Assembly: GCA_016710015.1 (NCBI GenBank)
Contig: JADJLR010000002.1
Span: 416,365-480,364 of the forward strand
Reading direction: 5' to 3'
DNA: 64,000 bases
From: Flavobacteriales bacterium
Lineage (GTDB): Bacteria; Bacteroidota; Bacteroidia; Flavobacteriales_F; PHOS-HE28
The stretch's first letter is position 1, and each line of letters begins with the position of its first letter. Of this stretch, positions 1 through 9,783 are shown in pieces. Made by a program: the position numbers and the translations under genes. The notes under the pieces were generated by a model. It saw nothing but the letters and a program-made list of their open reading frames with translations. It searched no databases and had not been told where the DNA came from.

Positions 1-162
1 GCCTACAAGTGTACCGCGTATTATCACCCTGCCGCCGAACGTACCTTGTTGTGGAACGATGCCGATCTGGGTATCGACTGGGGCATTGCAGACCCGATCA
101 TCAGCGCGAAGGACAAGGAAGGAATGGCCTTCAAGGCGTTGAGAACGCAAGCACAGCGTTGA
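1..162 (+). CDS. rfbC: dTDP-4-dehydrorhamnose 3,5-epimerase, C-terminal fragment (5' end outside window)
   Basis: Frame 1 reads AYKCTAYYHPAAERTLLWNDADLGIDWGIADPIISAKDKEGMAFKALRTQAQR then TGA at 160-162. This matches the conserved RfbC C-terminal motif (YxPxxExxLxWNDPxLxIxWP). Confidence 0.6.
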   Translation, partial: AYKCTAYYHPAAERTLLWNDADLGIDWGIADPIISAKDKEGMAFKALRTQAQR

Positions 163-164
163 CG

Positions 165-1247
165 ATGTACAGTCCCACACAGCTGTTCCTGATCTACTCC
201 GGGCTGTTCTTCGCAGCGTTGGTTTTCAGCTTGTTGATCAACTCGGTATTCATGCGTTTCGCACGTACATTGGGCATGCGTGAAGAAGATCAGAATTTGG
301 TGCGGTGGAGCAGTACCGCGAAGCCCTCCTTTGGTGGGATCTGCTTCTACATCCTGTTCTTGGCCTCCTTTTCCCTGTACGGGGTGATCTTCCCCGGACT
401 AAGCGTTGATGCCTTACGCCCGGATCTCCTCGGCTTGCTTGCCGCCACCTCACTGGGGTTCCTGATGGGGTTGGCCGATGATGCCTACAACACCAACCCG
501 GTACTGAAGTTCCTCGCCCAAGTGGCCTGTGGTGGGATACTCATCGCAAGCGGCTCTTGCATCGACCTCTTCGATTCCCAATGGGCCAACGTGGCACTCA
601 CGTTGTTCTGGGTGGTGGGGATGATGAATTCGATCAATATGTTGGACAATATGGACGGGATCACCACCTCGGTCTCCATCGCCGTGCTGATCGCAGGTCT
701 GATGTCCATGCTCGTCATCGGTCCAGTGGATCCCGTGTACATGGTCCTTCTGGTAGGTACCATGGCGGCACTCACTGGCTTCCTGTTCTTCAACTGGAAT
801 CCCTCGCGTATGTACATGGGCGATACGGGTAGCCAATTCCTCGGAGTGTTCCTCGCCTTTGTGGGGATCCGTTTCTTTTGGAATGCACCGAGCATTGAAG
901 GCCATTGGGAACCGATCAGGCAAGTGATCAGCGCCATCACGTTGTTCCTGCTCCCGATCGTCGATACCACGGTGGTGACGATCACGCGCATCAGGCGCGG
1001 TCGTTCACCCTTCGTCGGTGGCCGGGACCATACCACACACCACTTGAGCTATGCGGGATTCAGCGATGGACAGGTCGCCTTGGTCTTCATCGGCCTATCC
1101 CTCCTACACGTGTTCCTTACCTTCGTCATGGCCCGATACATTCCGGTGTGGCAGAACATTCACACCACGATCTTCGTTTCGTATGCGATCCTGTTGTTCC
1201 TGACCCTGTTCATCCTTACCCGAAGAACACACGCACCGAAGCCATGA
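165..1247 (+). CDS. glycosyltransferase family 4 (MraY/WecA-like) undecaprenyl-phosphate sugar-1-phosphate transferase
   Basis: ATG at 165 sits 2 nt after the rfbC stop. The protein is multi-TM and carries the MraY/WecA motifs DDAYNTNPVLK, NSINMLDNMDGI and MGDTGSQFLG. The upstream part of the ORF (9..164) overlaps the rfbC tail and is rejected. Confidence 0.85.
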   Translation: MYSPTQLFLIYSGLFFAALVFSLLINSVFMRFARTLGMREEDQNLVRWSSTAKPSFGGICFYILFLASFSLYGVIFPGLSVDALRPDLLGLLAATSLGFLMGLADDAYNTNPVLKFLAQVACGGILIASGSCIDLFDSQWANVALTLFWVVGMMNSINMLDNMDGITTSVSIAVLIAGLMSMLVIGPVDPVYMVLLVGTMAALTGFLFFNWNPSRMYMGDTGSQFLGVFLAFVGIRFFWNAPSIEGHWEPIRQVISAITLFLLPIVDTTVVTITRIRRGRSPFVGGRDHTTHHLSYAGFSDGQVALVFIGLSLLHVFLTFVMARYIPVWQNIHTTIFVSYAILLFLTLFILTRRTHAPKP

Positions 1248-2209
1248 CTCCCTTACCGAACACCCTCCGTATCCTATTGCGCACCTCCTTGTGGGCCTTG
1301 CTCCTGCTGGGTGGTTCCATAGCCTTGCACCTGTTCACGTACTCCTCCTTCGTAGTAGACAATGACCTGGACCACCAACGCGATTTCAACGATGGGTACA
1401 AGGTCTTCTCCCTTACCCTTCCCAACGAACTATTGTTCTGTGGGAAAAAGGTACCCTTGGAACGGTTGGATGTGCGCGAGCGCTTGGATCGGGAATTGCT
1501 TGTGAACACCTACTGGCAGAGCAACACCTTGCTGGCACACAAGCGCGCCTCACGTTGGTTCCCTTTGATCGAGCGGATCTTGAAGGAAGAAGGCGTGCCC
1601 GATGACATGAAGTACATCGCCGTGATCGAAAGTGGGTTGATGAACGTGATCTCACCGGCCGGTGCCACCGGCTACTGGCAATTCATGAAGGAGACCGCCT
1701 TGGGCCATGGGCTGGAGGTGAATGCCGAAGTGGACGAGCGCTACCATGTGGAGAAAAGCACCTACGCCGCGTGCAAATACTTGAAGAATGCCTACGGGAA
1801 GTACAACGATTGGGCCTTGGCCGCTGCTTCGTACAACTTGGGCCAAGGCGGTGTGGACAAGCAACTCGGTCGCCAAAAGCGCGATAGTTATTTCGACCTG
1901 CTTTTGAACGATGAGACCGCTCGTTACGTCTATCGTATTCTCGCCATGAAAGAGATCCTGCGCGACCCGGAGCGCTATGGGTTCCACCTGCGCAAGAAGG
2001 ACCTTTACGCACCCTACCGCACCCGCGTGGTGGAAGTGAATGGAGCCGTTACCGATCTGGCGGACTATGCCATTGCACAAGGAACGGACTACAAGACCTT
2101 GAAGCTATTGAACCCTTGGCTGCGCGAGAACCGCTTGACCAACCGCGAGGGCCGCACCTATGCGGTATTGCTCCCCGCTGCGGATTTCGATACCGTTGAG
2201 CCTCATTAG
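1244..2209 (+). CDS. lytic transglycosylase (SLT/MltD-like domain) protein with N-terminal signal/anchor
   Basis: ATG at 1244 overlaps the upstream stop (ATGA). The N-terminus is hydrophobic ([17 protein letters not shown]). The SLT catalytic region reads [24 protein letters not shown]...[11 protein letters not shown]. Confidence 0.8.
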   Translation: MTPLPNTLRILLRTSLWALLLLGGSIALHLFTYSSFVVDNDLDHQRDFNDGYKVFSLTLPNELLFCGKKVPLERLDVRERLDRELLVNTYWQSNTLLAHKRASRWFPLIERILKEEGVPDDMKYIAVIESGLMNVISPAGATGYWQFMKETALGHGLEVNAEVDERYHVEKSTYAACKYLKNAYGKYNDWALAAASYNLGQGGVDKQLGRQKRDSYFDLLLNDETARYVYRILAMKEILRDPERYGFHLRKKDLYAPYRTRVVEVNGAVTDLADYAIAQGTDYKTLKLLNPWLRENRLTNREGRTYAVLLPAADFDTVEPH

Positions 2210-2237
2210 ACCGCCCAGTGATCCTTTGTATACGGAC

Positions 2238-5084
2238 GTGAAGAAGCAGGAGGACGAACAACCCGTATCGGTTGCAGGTGATGAGTATGTTGAGGTGCTC
2301 GGTGCGCGTGTACACAATCTGAAGAACATCGATGTGCGAATTCCACGCGATAAACTCGTGGTGATCACCGGCCTGAGCGGAAGCGGAAAGAGTTCACTTG
2401 CCTTCGATACCATCCATGCGGAAGGCCAGCGCCGGTACATCGAGACCTTCAATGCCTATGCCCGCCAATTCCTCGGCGGGATCGAACGGCCGGATGTGGA
2501 CCTGATCACTGGTCTCAGTCCCGTGATCGCGATCGAACAAAAGACGATCAGCCGCAACCCGCGCAGCACGGTGGGCACCATCACAGAGATCTACGACCTG
2601 CTCCGCCTGCTCTATGCGCGCGTGGCCGACGCGTACAGCTACCTCACCGGCGAGGCCATGGTGCGGTACAACGACCGCCAGATCGTGGAACTCATCAGCG
2701 AAGCCTACGAGGGCCGGGAAGTGTTGATCCTCGCACCGATCATCCGCGGACGAAAAGGTCATTACCGGGAACTCTTCGAACAGTTCCTAAGGCAGGGTTT
2801 CCTACGCGCTCGAGTGGACGGCAAAGTGATCGACCTCACAACACGTCCGCGTTTGGACAGGTACAAGGTCCACGACATCGAGTTGGTGATCGACCGGCTG
2901 AAGGTGAAGAGCGGTGATGCGAAGCGCTTGAACGAAGCTTGCGCCATCGCCATGAAGTACGGGAAGGGCAATTTGATGGTGGTGTCCGTGAAGGACGATG
3001 AAGCGCGCTACCTAAGTCGCCACTTGATGTGCCCCACCAGCGGCATCGCATACGAAGAACCCGAACCGAACCTCTTCAGCTTCAACTCCCCGTACGGCGC
3101 CTGTCCCAAATGCAGCGGTCTAGGCCAAGTGACGGAGGTGGCCATGGACAAGATCGTGCCGGACCGGAAGAAGAGTGTGAAACGTGGTGCCCTTGTTCCA
3201 CTTGGCACTTTCAAGAACTCGTGGATCTTCAAGCAGATCGAAGCGGTGTTGTCCTCCTTCGGACATGACCTCAACACACCGCTGGAAGAAATGGAGGACA
3301 CCGTGCTGGTGGCCCTGCTGAATGGCTTGGACGAACCACTGAAGGTGAGCAGCAGCATTGGGCTGAGCGACCGGCAGGTGCAATTCGACGGCATCATCCC
3401 CTTCATCTTGGAACAAGCGGAAGGTGGACCGAAGTCCGCGCAGAAATGGGCCGCTGGCTTCACGCACATGGTCACCTGTCCGGAGTGCAACGGAAGCCGG
3501 TTGAAGAAGACATCCATGTACTTCCGCTTGGATGGCAAGAACATCCATGAGCTGGCCAGCATGAGCATCGCCGATCTGCATGCCTTCATGTCCGGACTGG
3601 TCGAGCGGCTCGATGAGAAGAAAGCGGTGATCGCACGGGAAGCGGTGAAAGAGATCACGGCCCGGAGCAGTTTCCTGCTGGATGTCGGTTTGGACTACCT
3701 GATGCTGGATCGCAGTGCCCGAACACTCTCCGGAGGGGAGGCGCAACGGATCCGCTTGGCCACGCAGATCGGCAGCGAACTTACCGGTGTACTGTATATC
3801 CTGGATGAACCAAGCATCGGCCTGCATCAGCGCGACGACCAACGCTTGATCGCCAGCCTGCGCAACTTGCGCGATGCGGGCAACAGCGTGATCGTGGTGG
3901 AGCACGATAAAGAAATGATGTTGAGTGCGGACCACTTGATCGACATCGGCCCTGGCGCTGGCGAACACGGTGGGCGCATCGTGGCACAAGGTGCTCCTCG
4001 GGAACTCTTACTCGGCGAAAGCACCACGGCCAAATACCTGCGAAACGAGATCCGCATCGAGGTACCGAAAGAACGCCGTGCGGGTAGCGGCGAACGGATC
4101 ACCCTGCGCGGTGCATCCGGCAACAACCTGAAGAACGTGGATGTGGACCTTCCGCTCGGCAAGTTCATTTGTGTAACGGGGGTGAGCGGTAGTGGCAAGA
4201 GCACCCTGATCGGAGACACCCTCTACCCCATCCTCAGCAAGCACTTCTACCGCAGTGATGCACACCCCTTGGCCTACACCGCCATCGAAGGACTGGAACA
4301 CATCGATAAGGTGATCGAAGTGGACCAAAGTCCGATCGGGCGCACCCCGCGCAGCAATCCGGCCACATACACCGGTCTGTTCGATCACGTCCGGGAACTC
4401 TATGCCGCCCTTCCCAGCGCAAAGATCCGCGGCTACAAGCCGGGGCGGTTCAGCTTCAACACGGCGGGTGGACGTTGCGATACGTGCAAGGGTGCGGGAG
4501 TTCGGTCGATCGAAATGAACTTCCTACCCGATGTGAGTGTGCCCTGTGAAACCTGCCGTGGCAAACGCTTCGACCGGGAGACGCTGGAAGTGCGCTACAA
4601 AGGCAAGAGCATTGCCGATGTCCTAGCCATGCCTGTAGAAGAGGCCATGATACACTTCTCCGAGATCCCGCAACTCGCATTGAAATTGAGGACCCTTCTC
4701 GATGTGGGGTTGGGTTACGTGAAACTGGGACAAAGCAGCACCACCCTCAGTGGAGGCGAGGCGCAACGCGTGAAACTCGCCACCGAACTGAGCAAGCGCG
4801 ATACAGGCAGCACCTTCTACATCCTGGACGAACCGACCACCGGCCTACATTTCGAGGACGTGAAACAACTGATCCATGTGCTGGATCGCCTCGTGGATCA
4901 TGGCAACACCGTGTTGGTCATCGAGCACAACCTCGACATCGTGAAGGTGGCGGACCATGTGATCGACATGGGACCCGAGGGCGGGGAAGGTGGTGGCGAG
5001 GTGGTTGCACGTGGCACGCCCGAAGAAGTGGTCCATATGGGCCGTGGATATACCTTTCCCTACCTGAAAGCAGAACTCAACTAG
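2238..5084 (+). CDS. uvrA: excinuclease ABC subunit A
   Basis: Hallmark UvrA sequence is present: [35 protein letters not shown]. There are two ABC ATPase modules (LSGGEAQR twice) and zinc-finger Cys clusters (CPxC...CxxC); length is about 950 aa. The start is uncertain: the ORF opens at 2160, and an in-frame GTG at 2238 is chosen. Confidence 0.93.
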   Translation: MKKQEDEQPVSVAGDEYVEVLGARVHNLKNIDVRIPRDKLVVITGLSGSGKSSLAFDTIHAEGQRRYIETFNAYARQFLGGIERPDVDLITGLSPVIAIEQKTISRNPRSTVGTITEIYDLLRLLYARVADAYSYLTGEAMVRYNDRQIVELISEAYEGREVLILAPIIRGRKGHYRELFEQFLRQGFLRARVDGKVIDLTTRPRLDRYKVHDIELVIDRLKVKSGDAKRLNEACAIAMKYGKGNLMVVSVKDDEARYLSRHLMCPTSGIAYEEPEPNLFSFNSPYGACPKCSGLGQVTEVAMDKIVPDRKKSVKRGALVPLGTFKNSWIFKQIEAVLSSFGHDLNTPLEEMEDTVLVALLNGLDEPLKVSSSIGLSDRQVQFDGIIPFILEQAEGGPKSAQKWAAGFTHMVTCPECNGSRLKKTSMYFRLDGKNIHELASMSIADLHAFMSGLVERLDEKKAVIAREAVKEITARSSFLLDVGLDYLMLDRSARTLSGGEAQRIRLATQIGSELTGVLYILDEPSIGLHQRDDQRLIASLRNLRDAGNSVIVVEHDKEMMLSADHLIDIGPGAGEHGGRIVAQGAPRELLLGESTTAKYLRNEIRIEVPKERRAGSGERITLRGASGNNLKNVDVDLPLGKFICVTGVSGSGKSTLIGDTLYPILSKHFYRSDAHPLAYTAIEGLEHIDKVIEVDQSPIGRTPRSNPATYTGLFDHVRELYAALPSAKIRGYKPGRFSFNTAGGRCDTCKGAGVRSIEMNFLPDVSVPCETCRGKRFDRETLEVRYKGKSIADVLAMPVEEAMIHFSEIPQLALKLRTLLDVGLGYVKLGQSSTTLSGGEAQRVKLATELSKRDTGSTFYILDEPTTGLHFEDVKQLIHVLDRLVDHGNTVLVIEHNLDIVKVADHVIDMGPEGGEGGGEVVARGTPEEVVHMGRGYTFPYLKAELN

Positions 5085-5125
5085 TGCGGGATCAGAACCG
5101 CGCAGACACGAACCACCATACCCTT

Positions 5126-5857
5126 ATGGCCAAGACCCCAGCAGCCCATCACGACAGTGAACGCCGCATCAAGAAATCCTTCAAACGCAAAGGTTGGAGT
5201 GAAGTGAAAGCCAACGACAGTTGGGCCATCTTCAAGATCATGAGCGAATTCGTTGAAGGCTTTGAAGCCATGCAACGGATCCGCCCGTGCGTGAGCATCT
5301 TCGGTAGCGCCCGGACCAAACCCGATGCCCATGCATACGCGCTGGCCGAAGAGATCGCTTACCAACTCACCGGCAACGGCTACGGCGTGATCACCGGTGG
5401 TGGGCCGGGCATCATGGAGGCGGCGAACAAAGGCGCGCAACGAGGTGGTGGCACCAGTGTGGGCCTCAACATCGACCTGCCGTTCGAACAACAGCCCAAC
5501 CCATACATCGACAAGGAAAAGAGCCTCGACTTCGATTATTTCTTCGTGCGCAAAGTGATGTTCATCAAATACAGCCAAGGTTTCATCGTATTGCCCGGTG
5601 GTTTCGGCACATTGGATGAACTTTTCGAAGCCCTCACCCTGATCCAGACCCAGAAGATCGGCCGCTTCCCCATCATCCTAGTGGGCAAGAAATACTGGCA
5701 AGGCCTCTACGACTGGATCAAGACCACCATGGGCGAGCAGTACAAGAATGTGAATGCCGAGGACCTGGACCTGTTCAGCATCGTGGACAAACCGGAGGAT
5801 GCCGTGAAGGCCATCAACGCCTTTTACAGCAAGTACATGCTGAAACCGAACTTCTAA
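5126..5857 (+). CDS. LOG family protein (TIGR00730 Rossmann fold; cytokinin riboside 5'-monophosphate phosphoribohydrolase-like)
   Basis: Carries the GGGPGIMEAANKGA and PGGFGTLDELFEALTLIQT motifs. ATG at 5126 (MAKTPAAHH); the ORF also opens with GTG at 5084, overlapping the uvrA stop. Confidence 0.85.
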   Translation: MAKTPAAHHDSERRIKKSFKRKGWSEVKANDSWAIFKIMSEFVEGFEAMQRIRPCVSIFGSARTKPDAHAYALAEEIAYQLTGNGYGVITGGGPGIMEAANKGAQRGGGTSVGLNIDLPFEQQPNPYIDKEKSLDFDYFFVRKVMFIKYSQGFIVLPGGFGTLDELFEALTLIQTQKIGRFPIILVGKKYWQGLYDWIKTTMGEQYKNVNAEDLDLFSIVDKPEDAVKAINAFYSKYMLKPNF

Positions 5858-6094
5858 GCCGAAGCGGAATTTGGCATGGGGCGGGTTTGAAGGATCCCTC
5901 CACGGGCCAACAGGAAATGGGTGGTCCGTTCGACCAATGACGCTGCCAAGGGGGCCTTTCTGACGTTCCACCAGAACGAAATAGCCTTCCCGTCAACAAG
6001 TTCCTGTTGGTATCGCTAAGTTCGCAGACACATTACACCCCGCACGTCCCGATACTTTTGGACGCACCGGGGGTAACCCTAGCGAACATCAACC

Positions 6095-7561
6095 ATGGCG
6101 CATCAATTGGTACTTCTGATCAACCTGCTCGGGCTCCTGCTCATCGATCCATTCTTCCTAGCGGATATCAGCATCACGCAGAACGTTCCCACCAACATGG
6201 TACCGGGGAGTGAGGTTCGCGTGACCGTTACGGTGAGCAAGGCCGATCTGAGCGGATTCGCCAAATTGCAATTGGACCTCCCTCCGGGACTCACCGTCAC
6301 GGCCATTGAGACCAAGGGCGCTTCCTTCACCTTCGCCGACCAGAAAGCGAAGTTCATTTGGATGGCCTTGCCGAGCACTCCCAGCTTCAAGGTGAGTTAT
6401 ACCCTGACCTCCGATGCAACAGTAAGTGGCAACCTCGCCATCCAAGGGAGACTGTCCTACATCGAGGACAATGAGCGCAAGACCTTCGATATGCCCACGG
6501 CCACCATCGACTTCGGTGTCGGCGGAGCCGTTCAGGTTGCCGAGACCACGACCAATGAAGAGCCCGATGCGCAGGACCTCGTTTCGGCGGGAGCTGGCGC
6601 ACCTCTTGGCACCTCCGTGATGGCCGTGATCGACCAAGCGGACGGGGTGGCCCCTATTCAAGGCATGGGAGGTGTTACCGGCACCCGTACCATCACACCC
6701 GTGTCAGCGAATGAAATGCTCGTGGAGGTGATCATCAAGAAAGGCGAGATCCGTGGGTTCGGCAAGTTGCAGGAGACCATTCCACAGGGGTTCAGTGCTC
6801 TTGAAAAGACCAGTACGGAAGCCATCTTCACCACGCAGGACCGGGCGGTGAAATTCGTATGGCTCAACTTGCCTGCTGCTGCGGAGGTGCGCGTGGTGTA
6901 CAAGTTGCGCGCGAATGAACGTCCAGAAGGAGAATACAGCATTGATGGTGAATTCGGATACTTGCTGAACGACGAAACGCAAAAGGCGGTATTGGGCACA
7001 TCGAAGTTCTTTATCGGTACTCGGGCCCTCGCAGGTATGGAAGGCGATGCCAGCAGCATGGACACCATGGCAAATGTGGATCCAGCTATGGCTCAACGAG
7101 AGAGAGAGGCCAAAGAAGCTGCTGCCAAGGAAGTTGCTCGTGAAGCCGCCGCCCGCGAAGCCGAAGCCAAGCGCTTGGCAGAGCAGCGCGCACGGGAGGA
7201 AGCGGTCGCCGCCCAACAGTCCAAGCCGGTCGTAGAGCCGAAGACCACCCCACGCATTCCAACGCCGGAGACCGGGATCGTGTACAAAGTGCAGATCACT
7301 GCAGGCCATCGGGAGGTGGGCAAGAGTTACTTCAGCATCCGCCACCGTTACACGGGAGCTTTCAGCGTGGAGCGCCACCAAGGCTGGATCAAATACGTGA
7401 CCGGTCGTTTCGGTTCATACAGCGAAGCACGTGATCAACGCGTAGGCTATGTAGCTGCGGGGCACCAATTCCCTGGGCCTTTTGTAACAGCCTATAACAA
7501 CGGCGATCGGATCACCGTACAAGAGGCCCTTCTCCTGAGCAACCAGAAGTGGGTGCAATGA
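6095..7561 (+). CDS. hypothetical envelope protein: internally duplicated ~100-aa N-terminal domain, Ala/Glu-rich helical linker, C-terminal SPOR-like domain
   Basis: Two homologous segments: GSEVRVTVTVSKADLSGFAKLQLDLPPGLTVTAIE...KAKFIWMALP and EVIIKKGEIRGFGKLQETIPQGFSALE...AVKFVWLNLP. The linker reads AKEAAAKEVAREAAAREAEAKRLAEQRAREEA. The C-terminus (IVYKVQITAG...WIKYVTGRFGSYSEARDQ) fits the SPOR peptidoglycan-binding fold. Confidence 0.6.
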   Translation: MAHQLVLLINLLGLLLIDPFFLADISITQNVPTNMVPGSEVRVTVTVSKADLSGFAKLQLDLPPGLTVTAIETKGASFTFADQKAKFIWMALPSTPSFKVSYTLTSDATVSGNLAIQGRLSYIEDNERKTFDMPTATIDFGVGGAVQVAETTTNEEPDAQDLVSAGAGAPLGTSVMAVIDQADGVAPIQGMGGVTGTRTITPVSANEMLVEVIIKKGEIRGFGKLQETIPQGFSALEKTSTEAIFTTQDRAVKFVWLNLPAAAEVRVVYKLRANERPEGEYSIDGEFGYLLNDETQKAVLGTSKFFIGTRALAGMEGDASSMDTMANVDPAMAQREREAKEAAAKEVAREAAAREAEAKRLAEQRAREEAVAAQQSKPVVEPKTTPRIPTPETGIVYKVQITAGHREVGKSYFSIRHRYTGAFSVERHQGWIKYVTGRFGSYSEARDQRVGYVAAGHQFPGPFVTAYNNGDRITVQEALLLSNQKWVQ

Positions 7562-7582
7562 TGTGACCTTGAAACGGAACGA

Positions 7583-9685
7583 ATGCCCAAATACCACGGT
7601 CTTAGCAACCTGTTCCGTTCCGTCCTCGGCCTTTCGCTGGCCTTCTTCTTGTCCCCTTCTCTTTCCCTTGCCCAAGCGGATAGCACAGCACTGCCGCCGG
7701 GTATCTCGGCTCCCAAGGAGGAACTCCCGATCAAATTGAAGCCCACTTTCGGGATCGGTCCGGGCATGCTCGCATTCTATGGCGATGTTGGCAACGATCA
7801 CAGCGCATACAGCCCGTTGGTGACCCGTGTTGGGTACGAGTTGCGGGCCACCACCCCGATCACCCCTTGGCTCGAAGGCGGCATCTATGCCCTGCACGGC
7901 CGACTCGGCGTGAACGAACGCAGCCTTACACGCAACCTCAACTTCGAGTCGCGCATTACCACGGGGGGGGTGCAGTTCCGTTACAATTTCCTGCAACTCC
8001 TCAACCCGTCTAGGGTGGTTGAACCTTACGTGACCGTCGGATTCGAATCCGTTGAATACCTGACCAAGACCGATCTCCGCGACGCACAAGGCCGCACCTA
8101 CCACTACTGGAGCGACGGCACCATTCGGGACATCGACGAGCAAGCATTGAATGCGGGCGATGCCGTGTTGATCCAGCGCGATCACACCTACGAAAGCGAT
8201 GTCCGCGAATCCAACCTCGATGGATTCGGGAAGTACCTCGAGCGCACTTGGGCCGTCCCGGTGGGCATCGGTGCGCGAATGGACATCGGACACGGATTCG
8301 ACTTCCGCATGGGGGCCACCATGCACTTCACCCTCACCGACCTTATGGATGGTGTCACCGAAGAAAGCGTGAACGACCGTAAGGGTACCGTCGGCAACGA
8401 CCGCTTCCTCTTCACCTCCTTCTCCATCGGTTATACCATCCCGATAGAACGTGGGTCAAAGAAGACCAAAAAGACCCCACTCTCCAGTGAAGAGGTGGAC
8501 GTGCTGGCGTGGATGGGTGATGAGGACTCCGATGGTGTGCAGGACATTTACGACAAGTGCCCTTATACGCCCGCAGGCGTGGCCGTTGATGCATTTGGCT
8601 GTCCGTTGGATGGTGATGCGGATGGTGTTCCGGATCATCTGGATGATGAATTGGATTCCGCACCTGGTGCCTTTGTGGATGCGCACGGCGTTACCGTGAG
8701 CGACGAAGGCTTGCTGAAAGGCTGGCTGGCCTACAAGGATTCGGGCAATGTGAATTACGTGACTTCCCGCGTGGAGTCCTTCGGCCCGATGAAGCCCAAG
8801 GTGGTGCCCGTGAAACGGGTGTACGTGGTGAAGGTGGGTTCGCAAATGGAGAAGATCAGTGAAGAGGTGATCCAGAAACTCCTGAGCCTGCCCGATATCC
8901 GAACCGTGGAAAATGGCGATACCACTTTCTTCGTGGTGGGCAGCTATGACAAGATCCCCGAAGCGCTGCGTCGGGAATTGGATCTGCGTAGTCTGGGTGT
9001 GGAAGGCGTGGTGATGGCCGAGGAGAACGGTCGTTTGATCGATGTGAGTGAGGAGACCGACCCGTTGCGCGTAGAAACTGGATCAGTGCCGAATACCCCA
9101 CCACCCGTTGGCGAGATCATCATCCGTGTCCAGCTCGGCGCTTTCCGCTATCCGTTATCGCGCAACATCTTCGTGGGTATCAGCGATCTGGTCACGATCA
9201 AGGGTGATGATGGTCTCACGCGATACTACACCGGTTCCTTCACGGAGGTGAATCCTGCCGCGCAACACAAGGTGAACATGTTGCTGAGAGGCTTCAACGG
9301 TGCATTCCTAGTGGCCTTCCGCGATGGTAAGCGGATCAGCATGAAGGATGCGGGAGCCAGCCTGACCGGACCCGAAGACCTCCGCAACGTACCTAGCGGC
9401 AGCATCGATAAGAGCCTGTTGCGTTACCGTGTGCAAGTAGGCACCTTCGTGGGTAACGTACCGATCGAAACCATGGGCCGAATGATCGAAATGGGCGATA
9501 TCCGTCCGATCACCAGTTCCGATGCCGTGCGCTACTTCTACGGGCAGTTCAAGGATCGCAAGTCCGCTGAGGATGCCAAGATCGCGATCCAGAAGGAAGG
9601 CTTCACCGATGCCTTCGTCGTAGGCGACATGAACGGCTACATTATCCCAGCGGAGGATGCCGATGGGTTGATGAAGCAACCATAG
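7583..9685 (+). CDS. outer-membrane beta-barrel protein with thrombospondin type-3 (TSP3) Ca-binding repeats and three SPOR-like domains
   Basis: Signal peptide MPKYHGLSNLFRSVLGLSLAFFLSPSLSLAQA. The N-terminus is OmpA-like barrel in character. The TSP3 run reads DSDGVQDIYDKCPYTPAGVAVDAFGCPLDGDADGVPDHLDDELD. Three C-terminal modules each open with a YxVxVGxF-type motif (YVVKVGSQ, IIRVQLGAFRY, RYRVQVGTFVG). The gene lies 22 nt downstream of the previous gene and is likely co-transcribed. Confidence 0.65.
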   Translation: MPKYHGLSNLFRSVLGLSLAFFLSPSLSLAQADSTALPPGISAPKEELPIKLKPTFGIGPGMLAFYGDVGNDHSAYSPLVTRVGYELRATTPITPWLEGGIYALHGRLGVNERSLTRNLNFESRITTGGVQFRYNFLQLLNPSRVVEPYVTVGFESVEYLTKTDLRDAQGRTYHYWSDGTIRDIDEQALNAGDAVLIQRDHTYESDVRESNLDGFGKYLERTWAVPVGIGARMDIGHGFDFRMGATMHFTLTDLMDGVTEESVNDRKGTVGNDRFLFTSFSIGYTIPIERGSKKTKKTPLSSEEVDVLAWMGDEDSDGVQDIYDKCPYTPAGVAVDAFGCPLDGDADGVPDHLDDELDSAPGAFVDAHGVTVSDEGLLKGWLAYKDSGNVNYVTSRVESFGPMKPKVVPVKRVYVVKVGSQMEKISEEVIQKLLSLPDIRTVENGDTTFFVVGSYDKIPEALRRELDLRSLGVEGVVMAEENGRLIDVSEETDPLRVETGSVPNTPPPVGEIIIRVQLGAFRYPLSRNIFVGISDLVTIKGDDGLTRYYTGSFTEVNPAAQHKVNMLLRGFNGAFLVAFRDGKRISMKDAGASLTGPEDLRNVPSGSIDKSLLRYRVQVGTFVGNVPIETMGRMIEMGDIRPITSSDAVRYFYGQFKDRKSAEDAKIAIQKEGFTDAFVVGDMNGYIIPAEDADGLMKQP

Positions 9686-9783
9686 ACCGGAAACGAAGAC
9701 ACGATCGATCTCGGATGCAATAGCGTCCAGATAATAGTCGTTCGGAATGCGTGGCACTACCTTGCCGCTTCATCTCCACCGTC

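Noticed and set aside
9-164. 5' extension of the GT4 transferase ORF (start at 9)
   Set aside because: It overlaps the conserved RfbC C-terminal tail, which is read in another frame. ATG at 165 immediately after the rfbC stop gives a sensible N-terminus.
2160-2237. Upstream extension of uvrA to 2160
   Set aside because: It overlaps the preceding gene's 3' end, and UvrA proteins begin close to the …VxGARxHNLKN motif. An in-frame GTG at 2238 was chosen, though the exact start remains uncertain.
7415-8326. 303-aa minus-strand ORF
   Set aside because: It lies wholly antisense inside the well-supported TSP3/SPOR outer-membrane protein gene. It has no recognisable motifs and is a typical high-GC spurious ORF. 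The same applies to the many 60-260-aa antisense ORFs throughout, such as 16816..17598 and 18320..18961.
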